Assembly: GCA_963818965.1 (NCBI GenBank) | Contig: CAWFUG010000009.1 | Coordinates: 192,001 to 256,000, forward strand | DNA length: 64,000 nucleotides | Origin: an uncultured Verrucomicrobiae bacterium | GTDB taxonomy: Bacteria > Chlamydiota > Chlamydiia > Chlamydiales > Rhabdochlamydiaceae | Reading direction: 5' to 3' | Shown here: positions 50,805 through 60,186 of the stretch, one piece after another | How positions within the stretch are numbered: the stretch's first letter is position 1 | How the letters are laid out: every line of letters starts with the position of its first letter | Position numbers and translations under genes: made by a program | The notes under the pieces: generated by a model | Databases searched by the model: none | The model's input: only the letters and a program-made list of their open reading frames with translations | What the model was told of the DNA's origin: nothing

Positions 50805-51719
50805 ATGAGTTTATCCACGCCGAAACTGAGAGGGTACCTGATGGTCCTGGCATCTGCCCTCTGTTTTGGTACCTATGGGGTATGGTCGCGTTTTCTCGGA
50901 CCTGAATTTGGCATCTTTTATCAGGGGTGGGTGCGCAGCATCATCATTCTCATCCTATTAGTGCCCATTGCGATCTTCGGTAAGCACCTAAAACCGATTA
51001 AGAAGGGGGATCGGAAGTGGTTTGCAACCACGATGATTTTTACCGTTTTTACCCAGGTGCCACTCTATTATGCATTCAACCATCTTCCATTGGGAACGGC
51101 TACACTGATTTTTTATGGGTTATTCCTGATTTCCTCTTATGTGATTGGCTGGATTTTCCTCGGTGAAAAAATGACAGTGGTTAAGATTGTCTCCCTCGTA
51201 ACAGCTCTTGTTGGACTCTTTATCACGTTTGGCCTGTCATTGGCTGTTTTTTCTATCGGAGCTATGCTTCTCGCTGCTTTAAATGGGATTGCAAGTGGGG
51301 GAGAAGCGGCCACGAGTAAAAAATCGACGGAACGCTACTCTTCCCTTCAAATCACTGCCTATTCATGGATACTGATCCTCATCACACATCTTCCGCTGTC
51401 ATTGATGATGCAGGAGCATCAGCTGATGCCCGCTTTGAGTTGGGAGTGGCTAGCTATGTTAGCTTACGCCGCTTCGGGGCTGGCTGGATTTTGGCTCGTG
51501 ATTGAGGGCTTTAGATTTATCGAAGCGAGCATCGGCAGCTTAATCGGATTGCTCGAGATTATTTTCAGCGTTTTATTTGGCGTCTGGATTTTTAATGATC
51601 AGTTAAGCACTCCTATTGTTTTGGGTGGTCTGATCATTCTCGCTTCAGCGATCTTGCCCGATGTTTATTCTCTGCTGCATCCGAAGTCAAAACCCATTCC
51701 ACCTCCACCGCCTCTATGA
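50805..51719 (+). CDS. EamA/DMT family transporter
   Basis: About 10 TM segments; FLGEKMT; AAGGAG RBS. Confidence 0.85.
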   Translation: MSLSTPKLRGYLMVLASALCFGTYGVWSRFLGPEFGIFYQGWVRSIIILILLVPIAIFGKHLKPIKKGDRKWFATTMIFTVFTQVPLYYAFNHLPLGTATLIFYGLFLISSYVIGWIFLGEKMTVVKIVSLVTALVGLFITFGLSLAVFSIGAMLLAALNGIASGGEAATSKKSTERYSSLQITAYSWILILITHLPLSLMMQEHQLMPALSWEWLAMLAYAASGLAGFWLVIEGFRFIEASIGSLIGLLEIIFSVLFGVWIFNDQLSTPIVLGGLIILASAILPDVYSLLHPKSKPIPPPPPL

Positions 51720-51780
51720 GTTTAATAATACCAATGTACCCCAAAAACTGGACAATTTTTGGGGCTTGCTACAGGGCGGG

Positions 51781-52284
51781 TTAACCATACGTAAAGCCGG
51801 GCCAAGATCCTCCAGACTCTCGAGAACTGCTGTCAGCGGGAACCCGTTTTTGTACAGCTCCGAGGTAGACATTGATTGCTTCTTCTGAGACCTGCATCCA
51901 ATGAGGCCTAGGATCATAGATAACATGAGAAGCCTGTGTGGCATGACGGGTGAGGGCTTTTTGCAGTTTACGATCCAATGAATTGCCTACATCGGTAACC
52001 ACAACGGAAGCAGTAGCGCAAGCTTTTGCGATTTGTTCTGCTAATGCGTCTTCTTGTTCTGATGAAATGCCAGCGATGTCTTCCTCAGGTAACTGTGCAT
52101 CGAAGGAAGAGAAAGTTTTCACCTTAATTTCACGCTCTTGAAATGTCTTTAAGGCGGGTCCTGTCGCATAAATTTCGATAGTTTCACTTCTGGGGCATTG
52201 TCTTATATAGGTGGCAAAATGATCTGCAGAGGACTCGTGGCAGGTGATCAGACGTACTGCAGTAGCTGAGATTGACGATGACAT
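51781..52284 (-). CDS. Hypothetical protein, possibly a truncated remnant
   Basis: AAGGAG RBS plus ATG; ordered N-terminal 130 aa, then an atypical tail. Confidence 0.45.
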   Translation of the reverse strand: MSSSISATAVRLITCHESSADHFATYIRQCPRSETIEIYATGPALKTFQEREIKVKTFSSFDAQLPEEDIAGISSEQEDALAEQIAKACATASVVVTDVGNSLDRKLQKALTRHATQASHVIYDPRPHWMQVSEEAINVYLGAVQKRVPADSSSRESGGSWPGFTYG

Positions 52285-52424
52285 AAGGATCTCCTTATTT
52301 TACCAGGGTTTAGGTATGAGCCTATCCTGAACTCTATAGGCTCCTAGCGGAAATATTTTACTAGAAAGGGTTGAAATAGAGCGAGTTAAAAATGGAGGAT
52401 GAGAATTTTCAGAGTTGTGCCAGT

Positions 52425-54107
52425 CTAATCCATGGTTTGTAAAATGGCCGATGCCGCATTGTATCCAGATGTATAAGCTGCATCTGCAGTGCCGCTTCTA
52501 ATTTGATTCACAGCCTCTCCAGCGAAAAACAGTTTATTTTGTACTGGCAATGTTAAATTCACAATATCCAAATAAGAGGTGTTAGTCGAAGGGTACATAT
52601 AGGCTCCTAAAGAAAATGGGTCTTGCCCCCATCTTGTGATCTGGTATTGTACAGGTTGCGAAGGAGCTGATGGGTAAATTGTTTGTATTTGAGCCATTAC
52701 ATTATTCACAATTTGAGCGTCTGATAGGGGTTCTGACGTTCTTGCCCAATCACCAAGGAGAAAAGCGAGTAAAATTGGCGGATTACTTCCCGGAGTATTC
52801 GGATCTGGCACAAAGTTGGAATAAGTCAATATCATATCATAGTTTATTGATGAATCTGGCGTGTAAGGAAGTACAAGTGTGAAATTGGGATTCCAAAAAA
52901 CGCTATCGAACTGCAGGAATACTTTGTCCATTAGGGAAAAACCCATATTTTGTATTGCAAGCTGATGAGATGCTGGTAAACTTGGAATGAATTGGATTGA
53001 ATTCGTTTTTAAAACTCCAAGGGGTACAGTAATCACCACATAATTTGCGCTGTATGCCATACCACTACTTGTGTTAATCACTACTTGGTCGTTTGTGTAG
53101 TTGATTGTGGAAACAATGGAATTTAACTCAATGTTTAGTGAGTTTATATTGAAAATTGTATTAATAAAGTTTGTGTATCCACCTGAAGGAAATGCATCGT
53201 GTCCTAGGTTAAGATAACTAGGCCCAACGGTTGAAGATATGTATTTTGTGTTATCTCCAAACCAACTGGAATATATTAAATTATAGACGAATGGTGTGTA
53301 TATCGAAGTTGGGGGCGTAATAGTCGCCGTATAACAATTAACCGCATCTTCGAATGTTCCGCAACTCGCGAATGTTCGAGTCAATATAGAGAGAAATTGG
53401 TTCGAATAGTATGTGTTAATGTCAGGGTCTGTGATTTGAGTGCTGCCGTTAAATAAACCGATGTCCCCTGCAGTAAAAGGTGTGTTTATTAACGGAATGC
53501 CATATTCTCTTGCTAGGTCAGCTAATACATTATTGTCTATGTCATGGAGCCAAGAAGCGCCTAAGTCAGTCCATGCGCCGTCCATAGTTGTAGTTTGAAG
53601 TCTTCCGCCAATTCTATCTCTGGCCTCTAATATCAATACATTCATATTATTTTCTTGCAAAACTGACGCGGCCTCCAAGCCAGAAATTCCAGCTCCAATT
53701 ACGATTGCATCATAGGTGGGCACAGGCGTGACGGTGACATTAATCGGAACCTGCACAGCGTCTAGCGTTGGCTTAGCCCACACCTTGAGTACCGTTGAAA
53801 TGCTCTGCGCAGAAGTCGGTTGCAATTGCAGTGTAATGGTACTGGACTCTCCTGGAGCTAGTGGAGTGCCGAGGGTGCTCGATACGACGGATAAGCCGCT
53901 GGTGGTTGAAAATTGACTTTGGTTCGTGGGAATGACAACAGCTCCCGATGAGATATTCGTCACGGTAAAGGTGGCTGTGTTAATGGAATATTCTGAAACC
54001 GTTGTTGGAAATGGCGTTGTCGTATTAATAGAAATGAGGTGTGCGAACACTTTAAGTGGGAAAAATAAGAAAAGGATCCCTGAGAACTTTCTGCTCAGAA
54101 GTTTCAC
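52425..54107 (-). CDS. Exported flavin amine oxidase with N-terminal Ig-like, Thr/Ser-rich domain
   Basis: GTG start plus signal peptide; GAGISGL..EARDRIGGR, GASWLH, TRWGQDPFSLGAY, FFAGEA. Confidence 0.88.
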   Translation of the reverse strand: MKLLSRKFSGILFLFFPLKVFAHLISINTTTPFPTTVSEYSINTATFTVTNISSGAVVIPTNQSQFSTTSGLSVVSSTLGTPLAPGESSTITLQLQPTSAQSISTVLKVWAKPTLDAVQVPINVTVTPVPTYDAIVIGAGISGLEAASVLQENNMNVLILEARDRIGGRLQTTTMDGAWTDLGASWLHDIDNNVLADLAREYGIPLINTPFTAGDIGLFNGSTQITDPDINTYYSNQFLSILTRTFASCGTFEDAVNCYTATITPPTSIYTPFVYNLIYSSWFGDNTKYISSTVGPSYLNLGHDAFPSGGYTNFINTIFNINSLNIELNSIVSTINYTNDQVVINTSSGMAYSANYVVITVPLGVLKTNSIQFIPSLPASHQLAIQNMGFSLMDKVFLQFDSVFWNPNFTLVLPYTPDSSINYDMILTYSNFVPDPNTPGSNPPILLAFLLGDWARTSEPLSDAQIVNNVMAQIQTIYPSAPSQPVQYQITRWGQDPFSLGAYMYPSTNTSYLDIVNLTLPVQNKLFFAGEAVNQIRSGTADAAYTSGYNAASAILQTMD

Positions 54108-54117
54108 ACGATTCTCC

Positions 54118-54948
54118 TTAAAATAAATGAGTGTAACTAAAATAGACATCATTTGAACTCAATGTGCCGGTATGGAGCCGATAGGGATATGCTGAACCTC
54201 GCGTGCCGAATGATGTCTTGCCAGAATGCACATAATGGTACCCCACAGAAATCCGTTCATGCAGAAAACCCGACAGATGGCACCAATTGAAAGCGAAGCT
54301 TATGCCCCCACCTGCTTGGTAAGCGAAATTGAGATTCGTATGAGAGTAAAAGGGATGCAGAGGGGTATAACCGGAACCGCTGACGGCCTTTTCTTTATAA
54401 TTTTTTGCTCTGTTCCAGACAGGGCCTATGCCAAAGTCGATAAAAGGGGAAATATAATTCAGCATCCAAGTGAGTTGCATTTCAGCCATCACGCGTGTGC
54501 TCTGGATTTTATACTTATAGTGATAAAGCGTGCTGCTAGCATTACCCGCAGCAGTCTCGATCACCCGACCCTTAAAATGATAGTCTTGCGGACTGAAATA
54601 AGCGCCAACGCCTAGCGCAATAGCGGGTTTCCACCGTGCGCCGGTAAACTCATAACCCCCATGCACGTTCAGCGTCACAGCGAGCGAGCGTTGGCTTTTA
54701 AGAGGGTATGCATCGGTGATTAAAACGCCGCTGTCATAGGAAATTTTTGGTCTGCTCTTCCCTAATTTTGCAAAGCTAGCTCCCACTTCTGCCCCTAAAT
54801 AACCGTGGCCAAGAGGTAAAGAATTGGGAGAGTTGCTTGAACATGAGGCGGGTGTAGGCGTGGAAAAAATGGGCATCGCAGACCAAGCATGGGTTAGGGA
54901 GGATGAGAACAGTGTGAAAACCCCGATGGCTCGTAGGATTGCTGACAT
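54118..54948 (-). CDS. Outer membrane beta-barrel protein (OmpA/opacity-like)
   Basis: Signal peptide; SPFIDFGIG, NFAYQAGGG; C-terminal Phe. Confidence 0.7.
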   Translation of the reverse strand: MSAILRAIGVFTLFSSSLTHAWSAMPIFSTPTPASCSSNSPNSLPLGHGYLGAEVGASFAKLGKSRPKISYDSGVLITDAYPLKSQRSLAVTLNVHGGYEFTGARWKPAIALGVGAYFSPQDYHFKGRVIETAAGNASSTLYHYKYKIQSTRVMAEMQLTWMLNYISPFIDFGIGPVWNRAKNYKEKAVSGSGYTPLHPFYSHTNLNFAYQAGGGISFAFNWCHLSGFLHERISVGYHYVHSGKTSFGTRGSAYPYRLHTGTLSSNDVYFSYTHLF

Positions 54949-55230
54949 GGCAAAGATTCCTTGGAATGAAAGGGTGAATTTGAACAGCAACCCAATTCCA
55001 AGTCAAGTTGTTTCAAAATTTTGTTGTGGGGTATAGCAAAGGGGGCTGTTTTATAGATCAGAGTGGCGTTGTTGCATAAATAACTGAATTTCAGCACAGA
55101 GATGGAAAACCACAGGTAGGAACTTTTTTCATATGAATTTCCTCTCTGTAGTGAAGTTGCATATATTCAGAATGGAATGATGGGGAGCTAGATTAGGTCC
55201 TGATGAATTACGCAACAACGCCGATCAGAG

Positions 55231-56253
55231 TTAAAAATCGAAACGCAAATCGGCCGTGAGTCCCTGTAAGATCAGGTCGATGTTATCGGTGCCTGAATCG
55301 TTGGTAAATACCTGAAACTGACTGAACCAGTCTTGGATCTCATAACTTATTTTCAGAGCAAAGTGGGAGCGGTTTTTATCGAAGTTGAAATCCCATCCGA
55401 GTCCCATGGAGGTTTGAAGCAGGAGAGCTCCAAAGTTTCGATTTTTCATCGGTATAGAGGTTTGGGTGTGAAATACATCGGTGAATTCATCTCGAAGTGT
55501 CCAATGACCCCACATAAAGGCACTTGTGAAATTGCCGATCAGACTGAAAACATGTCGGTTGACGTTTCCGAGAATCCATTGCGCATCGATCCCTCCCTTA
55601 GGGCCCCCTCCTCGGAAATTGTTTTTTACAGACTCAGAGCCTGAATATAAGAAGCCGGGAATGCCAAAATTCGGGGTCGACCATTTACCGTGGATCGCTT
55701 GATTGATCCATCCCGCTTTTGCACCAATTATTGGGCGCAAGGATAAGGATTTACTGACCAAGAAGCTCCTGCCTAAATCCCAATCGAACATGTTGTAATG
55801 GATGTTGAAGCTGATTTTCCCCTTTCCAAATGGTTCTAGTAGAGAAAGTCTCGCAGCTAAAAATCCCGACGTGATCGGTCCATTGGCATGAGCTGTGGTC
55901 CGCGTTTGAAACCAGGTATAGGTGATTTGTGTATCCCACTGATCATGGTGCATATTGTAACCGAGACCGACCCTAAAACCTGGGTCCCAACCGAAGGAGA
56001 TGGTTTTAAAAGTGTCCGTTACGAGATTCCCTTTCGCAGTGACTACATCCGCCCAGTCCACTGTTTCGCTGGTGTGCCAATACAGGGCGTTTGCGGAGAT
56101 GACGATACTTTTATCTTGGGTCTGGGGTCGATCGGAGAGGTTCGGTAATCCGCAATCCTTTCTCTTTGTCTGTTCACCCGTAGAACCGGCATAGAGCTTT
56201 ACGCCAACTGACAGGAGAAGAACAACCACTACTTGTATTAAAACATTTGCCAT
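55231..56253 (-). CDS. MOMP/Lpg1974-family porin
   Basis: WDPGFRVGLGY..HDQWDTQ, FDWDLGR, terminal LRFDF. Confidence 0.85.
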   Translation of the reverse strand: MANVLIQVVVVLLLSVGVKLYAGSTGEQTKRKDCGLPNLSDRPQTQDKSIVISANALYWHTSETVDWADVVTAKGNLVTDTFKTISFGWDPGFRVGLGYNMHHDQWDTQITYTWFQTRTTAHANGPITSGFLAARLSLLEPFGKGKISFNIHYNMFDWDLGRSFLVSKSLSLRPIIGAKAGWINQAIHGKWSTPNFGIPGFLYSGSESVKNNFRGGGPKGGIDAQWILGNVNRHVFSLIGNFTSAFMWGHWTLRDEFTDVFHTQTSIPMKNRNFGALLLQTSMGLGWDFNFDKNRSHFALKISYEIQDWFSQFQVFTNDSGTDNIDLILQGLTADLRFDF

Positions 56254-56278
56254 TTTGTTTTCTCTTATCTAGATCACG

Positions 56279-57295
56279 TTAAAAATCGAACCGGCAGTTG
56301 AAAGTCAAACCTTGGAGCGTTAAATCGCCATGTAAAGGTACGAGTTGCGAGGTAGGCACTCTGAGTTGATTGAGCCAAAGTTGCATTTCATAACCCAACT
56401 GCGTGGCAAAGTGGGACCTTCCCTTATTAAAATCGACATCCCATCCAATCCCTAAAAATCCTCTGAACATCAGGGCACCTAGCGTCAATCTCTTCATATT
56501 GACTACGACATCTGCTCCGGTGGAGTTCTTATACACGTTAGCGCAGTTCCAAGTGCCCCAGAGCGTCGCAGCGGAAAAATCCCCAAAAAGACTGGGATAG
56601 TGCGTGCCAAAATCGCGCAATTTCCATTTTGTATTCAAACCGCCGAGTGGGCCTACACCCCAAAAGTTATTTTTCGCATACTCTTTGCCTGAATCTGTCG
56701 TGAGGACCTTTGCAATAATCAGATCTTCGTAATGCACATGAATCGGTTGATGGATCCAACCTCCTTTTAGACCGATAAAGGGGCGTAGGGAGAGGCCTTT
56801 GCTCACCCAGTAACTGCGGCCTAATTCCCAGTCGAACATATTGAAAAGAAGGGCCCAACGGATCTTTGCGCGTTGTGCTAAATTGTCGCTTAGGTCTGCT
56901 GCAAAGAACTCAGGATGGATGGTCCCGTTCGTAATAGATATTTGCTTGGTTTGATGAGCCTCTGTTCGAAACCAGGTCCAATAGAGTTGTGTATCCCATT
57001 GATCGTATCGGAAATTGTATCCTGCCCCAACTCGAAAACCAAAATCCCAATCAAAATGGAAATCGGGTGCACCAAAAGAACTGGTGTTATCGCCTACTTT
57101 GAGCAGGTCTGCCCATACCGCTGAAGCTTCCTCTGAAACGAACCAGGCGAGGAAATCAGCAGAGAGATCCCATTTTCCTAAGACGCGTTGTGAAACGTTC
57201 GGTAGGCCGCGGGTTTCTAAAGGAGTCGGTTCTGCTGCATCCACTTGGACCAGTAGCATCAGCACGGCTAGAATGCAGATAATGCGCTTTTTCAT
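56279..57295 (-). CDS. MOMP/Lpg1974-family porin
   Basis: WDFGFRVGAGY..DQWDTQ, FDWELGR, terminal CRFDF. Confidence 0.85.
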   Translation of the reverse strand: MKKRIICILAVLMLLVQVDAAEPTPLETRGLPNVSQRVLGKWDLSADFLAWFVSEEASAVWADLLKVGDNTSSFGAPDFHFDWDFGFRVGAGYNFRYDQWDTQLYWTWFRTEAHQTKQISITNGTIHPEFFAADLSDNLAQRAKIRWALLFNMFDWELGRSYWVSKGLSLRPFIGLKGGWIHQPIHVHYEDLIIAKVLTTDSGKEYAKNNFWGVGPLGGLNTKWKLRDFGTHYPSLFGDFSAATLWGTWNCANVYKNSTGADVVVNMKRLTLGALMFRGFLGIGWDVDFNKGRSHFATQLGYEMQLWLNQLRVPTSQLVPLHGDLTLQGLTFNCRFDF

Positions 57296-57311
57296 GTTGG
57301 TTTATATAAAG

Positions 57312-58445
57312 TTAAAAATCAAAGCGAAGCTCAAGGGTCCCTCCTTGCAAGGTCAATTCATTGTCAAATCTTCCAGTGTCAAATGAGTAAAACTGGAGTT
57401 GATCTAACCAAAATTGCATTTCATATCCCAATTGCGTCAAAAAGTGATATTCACCCCTGCAAAAAGTGAGGTCCCAGCCGAATCCCAAGAAGGTCCTCAA
57501 CATAGAGGCTCCGCTGTTGTTGTGGGGAAGTTTCACAGAGACTTCTTGTCCGATGTCGTTTTTATACACATCCTTAAATGTCCAATGTCCATACAGGATT
57601 GCCGCAGAAAGATCTCCCAAAAGGCTTAAAGAATGATTGCCGAGGGCAAGTAAGTTCCACTTCGTGTTAATACCGATGCTGGGTCCCACGCCCCAAAAAT
57701 TATTTTTGATGTTTTCTCTTCCCATCTCAAAGGGTTGATAGACGGGGGGAGCGGGTGGAAGCGTCGGATCGTGCCATTGGGTGTGAATCGATTGGTAGAT
57801 CCAGCCTCCCTTTAGACCTACAAATGGTCGAAGCGATAGCGCCTTGCTAATCCAAAAAGCCCTACCTAATTCCCAGTCGAATATATTGAAATGGATCGTC
57901 CAATCGATGCTCGCCTTTTGATAGGTTAAACCTTTGACTCCAGCACCACTTGCATTATCGACATAGAAATTACCCACAAAGGCAGAATAGACTGAGTTGG
58001 GGACACTGGAGACGTGATCATTCCCTCTCGCATGAAACCGGGTATAATAAAATTGAGTATCCCACTGATCATGCTTCATCCCATAACTGAGACCGACTCG
58101 AAGACCGGCATTCCAATCGAACTTAATGTCCCGTATATCGCAAATTTCGGGGGAGCCGTCACCGCCTGTGATCACTTCCGCCCAGTTTTCAGTCCCGCTT
58201 TCCTGTGCACGCCAAACGAGAAGATCGGCGAAAATGGCAACACTTCTGGAGCTTGGTTTGAATCGAGAGGAGATGTTCGGCAGCCCGTTGCTAGTGTCTT
58301 CTGCTTGCTGAGTGGTTTGCTGTTTTTTCCCTGCAACAAGCCCATAGGAGTGGGCGGTGTTTGCATAGACGACGTTGGCCAGAAGTGCCACCAGTCCGAA
58401 AAAAAAATTCGCTCTCAAAGGCAGGCTCCGTTTGTGCTGAGTCAA
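57312..58445 (-). CDS. MOMP/Lpg1974-family porin
   Basis: WNAGLRVGLSY..HDQWDTQ, FDWELGR, terminal LRFDF. Confidence 0.85.
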   Translation of the reverse strand: MTQHKRSLPLRANFFFGLVALLANVVYANTAHSYGLVAGKKQQTTQQAEDTSNGLPNISSRFKPSSRSVAIFADLLVWRAQESGTENWAEVITGGDGSPEICDIRDIKFDWNAGLRVGLSYGMKHDQWDTQFYYTRFHARGNDHVSSVPNSVYSAFVGNFYVDNASGAGVKGLTYQKASIDWTIHFNIFDWELGRAFWISKALSLRPFVGLKGGWIYQSIHTQWHDPTLPPAPPVYQPFEMGRENIKNNFWGVGPSIGINTKWNLLALGNHSLSLLGDLSAAILYGHWTFKDVYKNDIGQEVSVKLPHNNSGASMLRTFLGFGWDLTFCRGEYHFLTQLGYEMQFWLDQLQFYSFDTGRFDNELTLQGGTLELRFDF

Positions 58446-58558
58446 TAGCGTATGAAAAATTTATATTTAACGTCAAGCGGGTTGTGTTGCTTTAAATCCC
58501 CCCTTCTTGGTAAAAATAGCTCTGCTATGAGAAGTCTGTTATAAAACAAGGGTTTACA

Positions 58559-58714
58559 ATGAACAAAATGAGAAAAATTCGACTAGTGCTATTGCTCAGC
58601 GGTGCTTTTTTTACATCTATCGGTTTATACGCCTGTGGAAAATGCTCAGTGCAGCCAGATGGAAAACCGTCTTTACCGGCCTTTTTCGCTTGCTCGGGAT
58701 GCCAGGGAAAGTAG
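58559..58714 (+). CDS. Unannotated 51-aa lipopeptide with two CxxC motifs
   Basis: MNKMRKIRLVLLLSGAFFTSIGLYACGKCSVQPDGKPSLPAFFACSGCQGK; signal region homologous to the next gene. Confidence 0.65.
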   Translation: MNKMRKIRLVLLLSGAFFTSIGLYACGKCSVQPDGKPSLPAFFACSGCQGK

Positions 58715-58834
58715 AACAGTCTATCGACTTAAGAATCGGGTAGGGCCTTATCAAAGCCCTGGGATTCGACATATATCCCTCCCGATTTTTGGGTCGTATT
58801 CGGTATAACAGAATCATACAACTGAGGATTGACG

Positions 58835-59713
58835 ATGAGCAAAACAGGAAAGATTCGATCAGTATTATTGCTAAGTGGAATTTTTTTACTATCTACCAGT
58901 TTATGCCCCTGTAGCAGACAAAATACAGCACAGCGAGCAGAGGTCGCAAAACCGCAGCTTACTCAAGAGATCCGCTCTAAAGTCTTGGAAATCATAAAAT
59001 ACGCGCAGGATATTCCCGGATTAAAAGCGGAAGAATCTTCCTCTTTAAGAGAGAAAACCGCCGACATTTGGAATGCCCTCGTGGACAATTGTATCCTAGA
59101 GATAAGTGGTACAGACAAAGACGTACGCCCTCATTTCGTCGCGATTCAAGGGATGGTCGAACAGGTGCTCGCCTCTGAATTGCAAAAAGAAGTGAAGGTG
59201 CTCAAATGCATCATTCATACGCCCATGCCCGCAACACCTCTTTGCACGACAGGGGAAATTTCCAGAGAATTGGTCGATCCTTCTATTGAAGTCGATCCAG
59301 CCCGTCTGTTTACTGTAAAAGCGAGAACGACGATTCTCAGAGACTATCTTTTTAAGGGTGGGGACCTCTACAGCATTTATCCTAAAGAGGGACTAAAAAA
59401 ACGTACAGAGGAACAGCTGGAAATTTACCAGCAGGAATTAATGAATTACCCGACCCATCTTTTCGATCTCCCCTTGGAGTGTGAAACGATTCCCACGGAT
59501 CTGATTGGAGCGACTTATTTTTTCAAAGATCAGTCGGGTCACACGTTTGTCTTTGCCATTAAAATCGCACAAGCGAATGATCCAAAAGAAGTGGCTGATT
59601 TTGGACTGTGGTTCGGCCCTGTCGACCATCCCGCTGTTAAGCAGCGGATTCAGTCTGTCTCCCACTACTTGGAACAACAGCACTCAACTATTCTAAAAAC
59701 AGCGCAAGAATAG
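58835..59713 (+). CDS. Hypothetical exported or lipoprotein
   Basis: GAGG RBS; signal peptide ending LCPC. Confidence 0.7.
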   Translation: MSKTGKIRSVLLLSGIFLLSTSLCPCSRQNTAQRAEVAKPQLTQEIRSKVLEIIKYAQDIPGLKAEESSSLREKTADIWNALVDNCILEISGTDKDVRPHFVAIQGMVEQVLASELQKEVKVLKCIIHTPMPATPLCTTGEISRELVDPSIEVDPARLFTVKARTTILRDYLFKGGDLYSIYPKEGLKKRTEEQLEIYQQELMNYPTHLFDLPLECETIPTDLIGATYFFKDQSGHTFVFAIKIAQANDPKEVADFGLWFGPVDHPAVKQRIQSVSHYLEQQHSTILKTAQE

Positions 59714-59722
59714 TCCTTTTTA

Positions 59723-59860
59723 GAGGATTGCGAATTTGAGCGGTACATAAAAGCCCCGGGGTTTCACGATCGGAGAGGGAACCTGTATTTCTTCAATACT
59801 GGCCCCCTTTCCGATCGTGAAATCGCGGGAGCTTTCACGCGGCTTAAATTCGCAATCCTC
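59723..59860. repeat. Nested palindromic element, inverted relative to the 28501 copy
   Basis: 19-bp outer IR (1 mismatch); 59750-59833 matches the reverse complement of 28545-28628 at 75/84 nt by manual alignment. Confidence 0.92.
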
Positions 59861-59875
59861 AAACGGGTGGGATAT

Positions 59876-60100
59876 ATGAAAAACATGAATATTTTGCTAA
59901 GCATTTTTTGTTTGTCTCTTGTGTCAAATGCACAGTGTGAAGAGAAAAAACATCCCCAACATCTTGCAGATGACCATGGCGAGCATCATGATCACGGCGA
60001 TGGAGATCATGACGGCCATCACGATGGGGATGAGCATCATGATGGCGATAGGCATCATGACGACGAACATCGTGATGATGATAAACATTGGTATGACTAG
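59876..60100 (+). CDS. Small secreted His/Asp-rich protein (putative metal binder)
   Basis: Signal peptide followed by HHD/GD repeats. Confidence 0.7.
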   Translation: MKNMNILLSIFCLSLVSNAQCEEKKHPQHLADDHGEHHDHGDGDHDGHHDGDEHHDGDRHHDDEHRDDDKHWYD

Positions 60101-60186
60101 TTTTGTAAAGCGCTCTTGGTCTGGAGCTGCGATGACGCATAGATCGATGGGGAACCTGGCAGACCTGTGCTGCCAGGTGGTAATAC

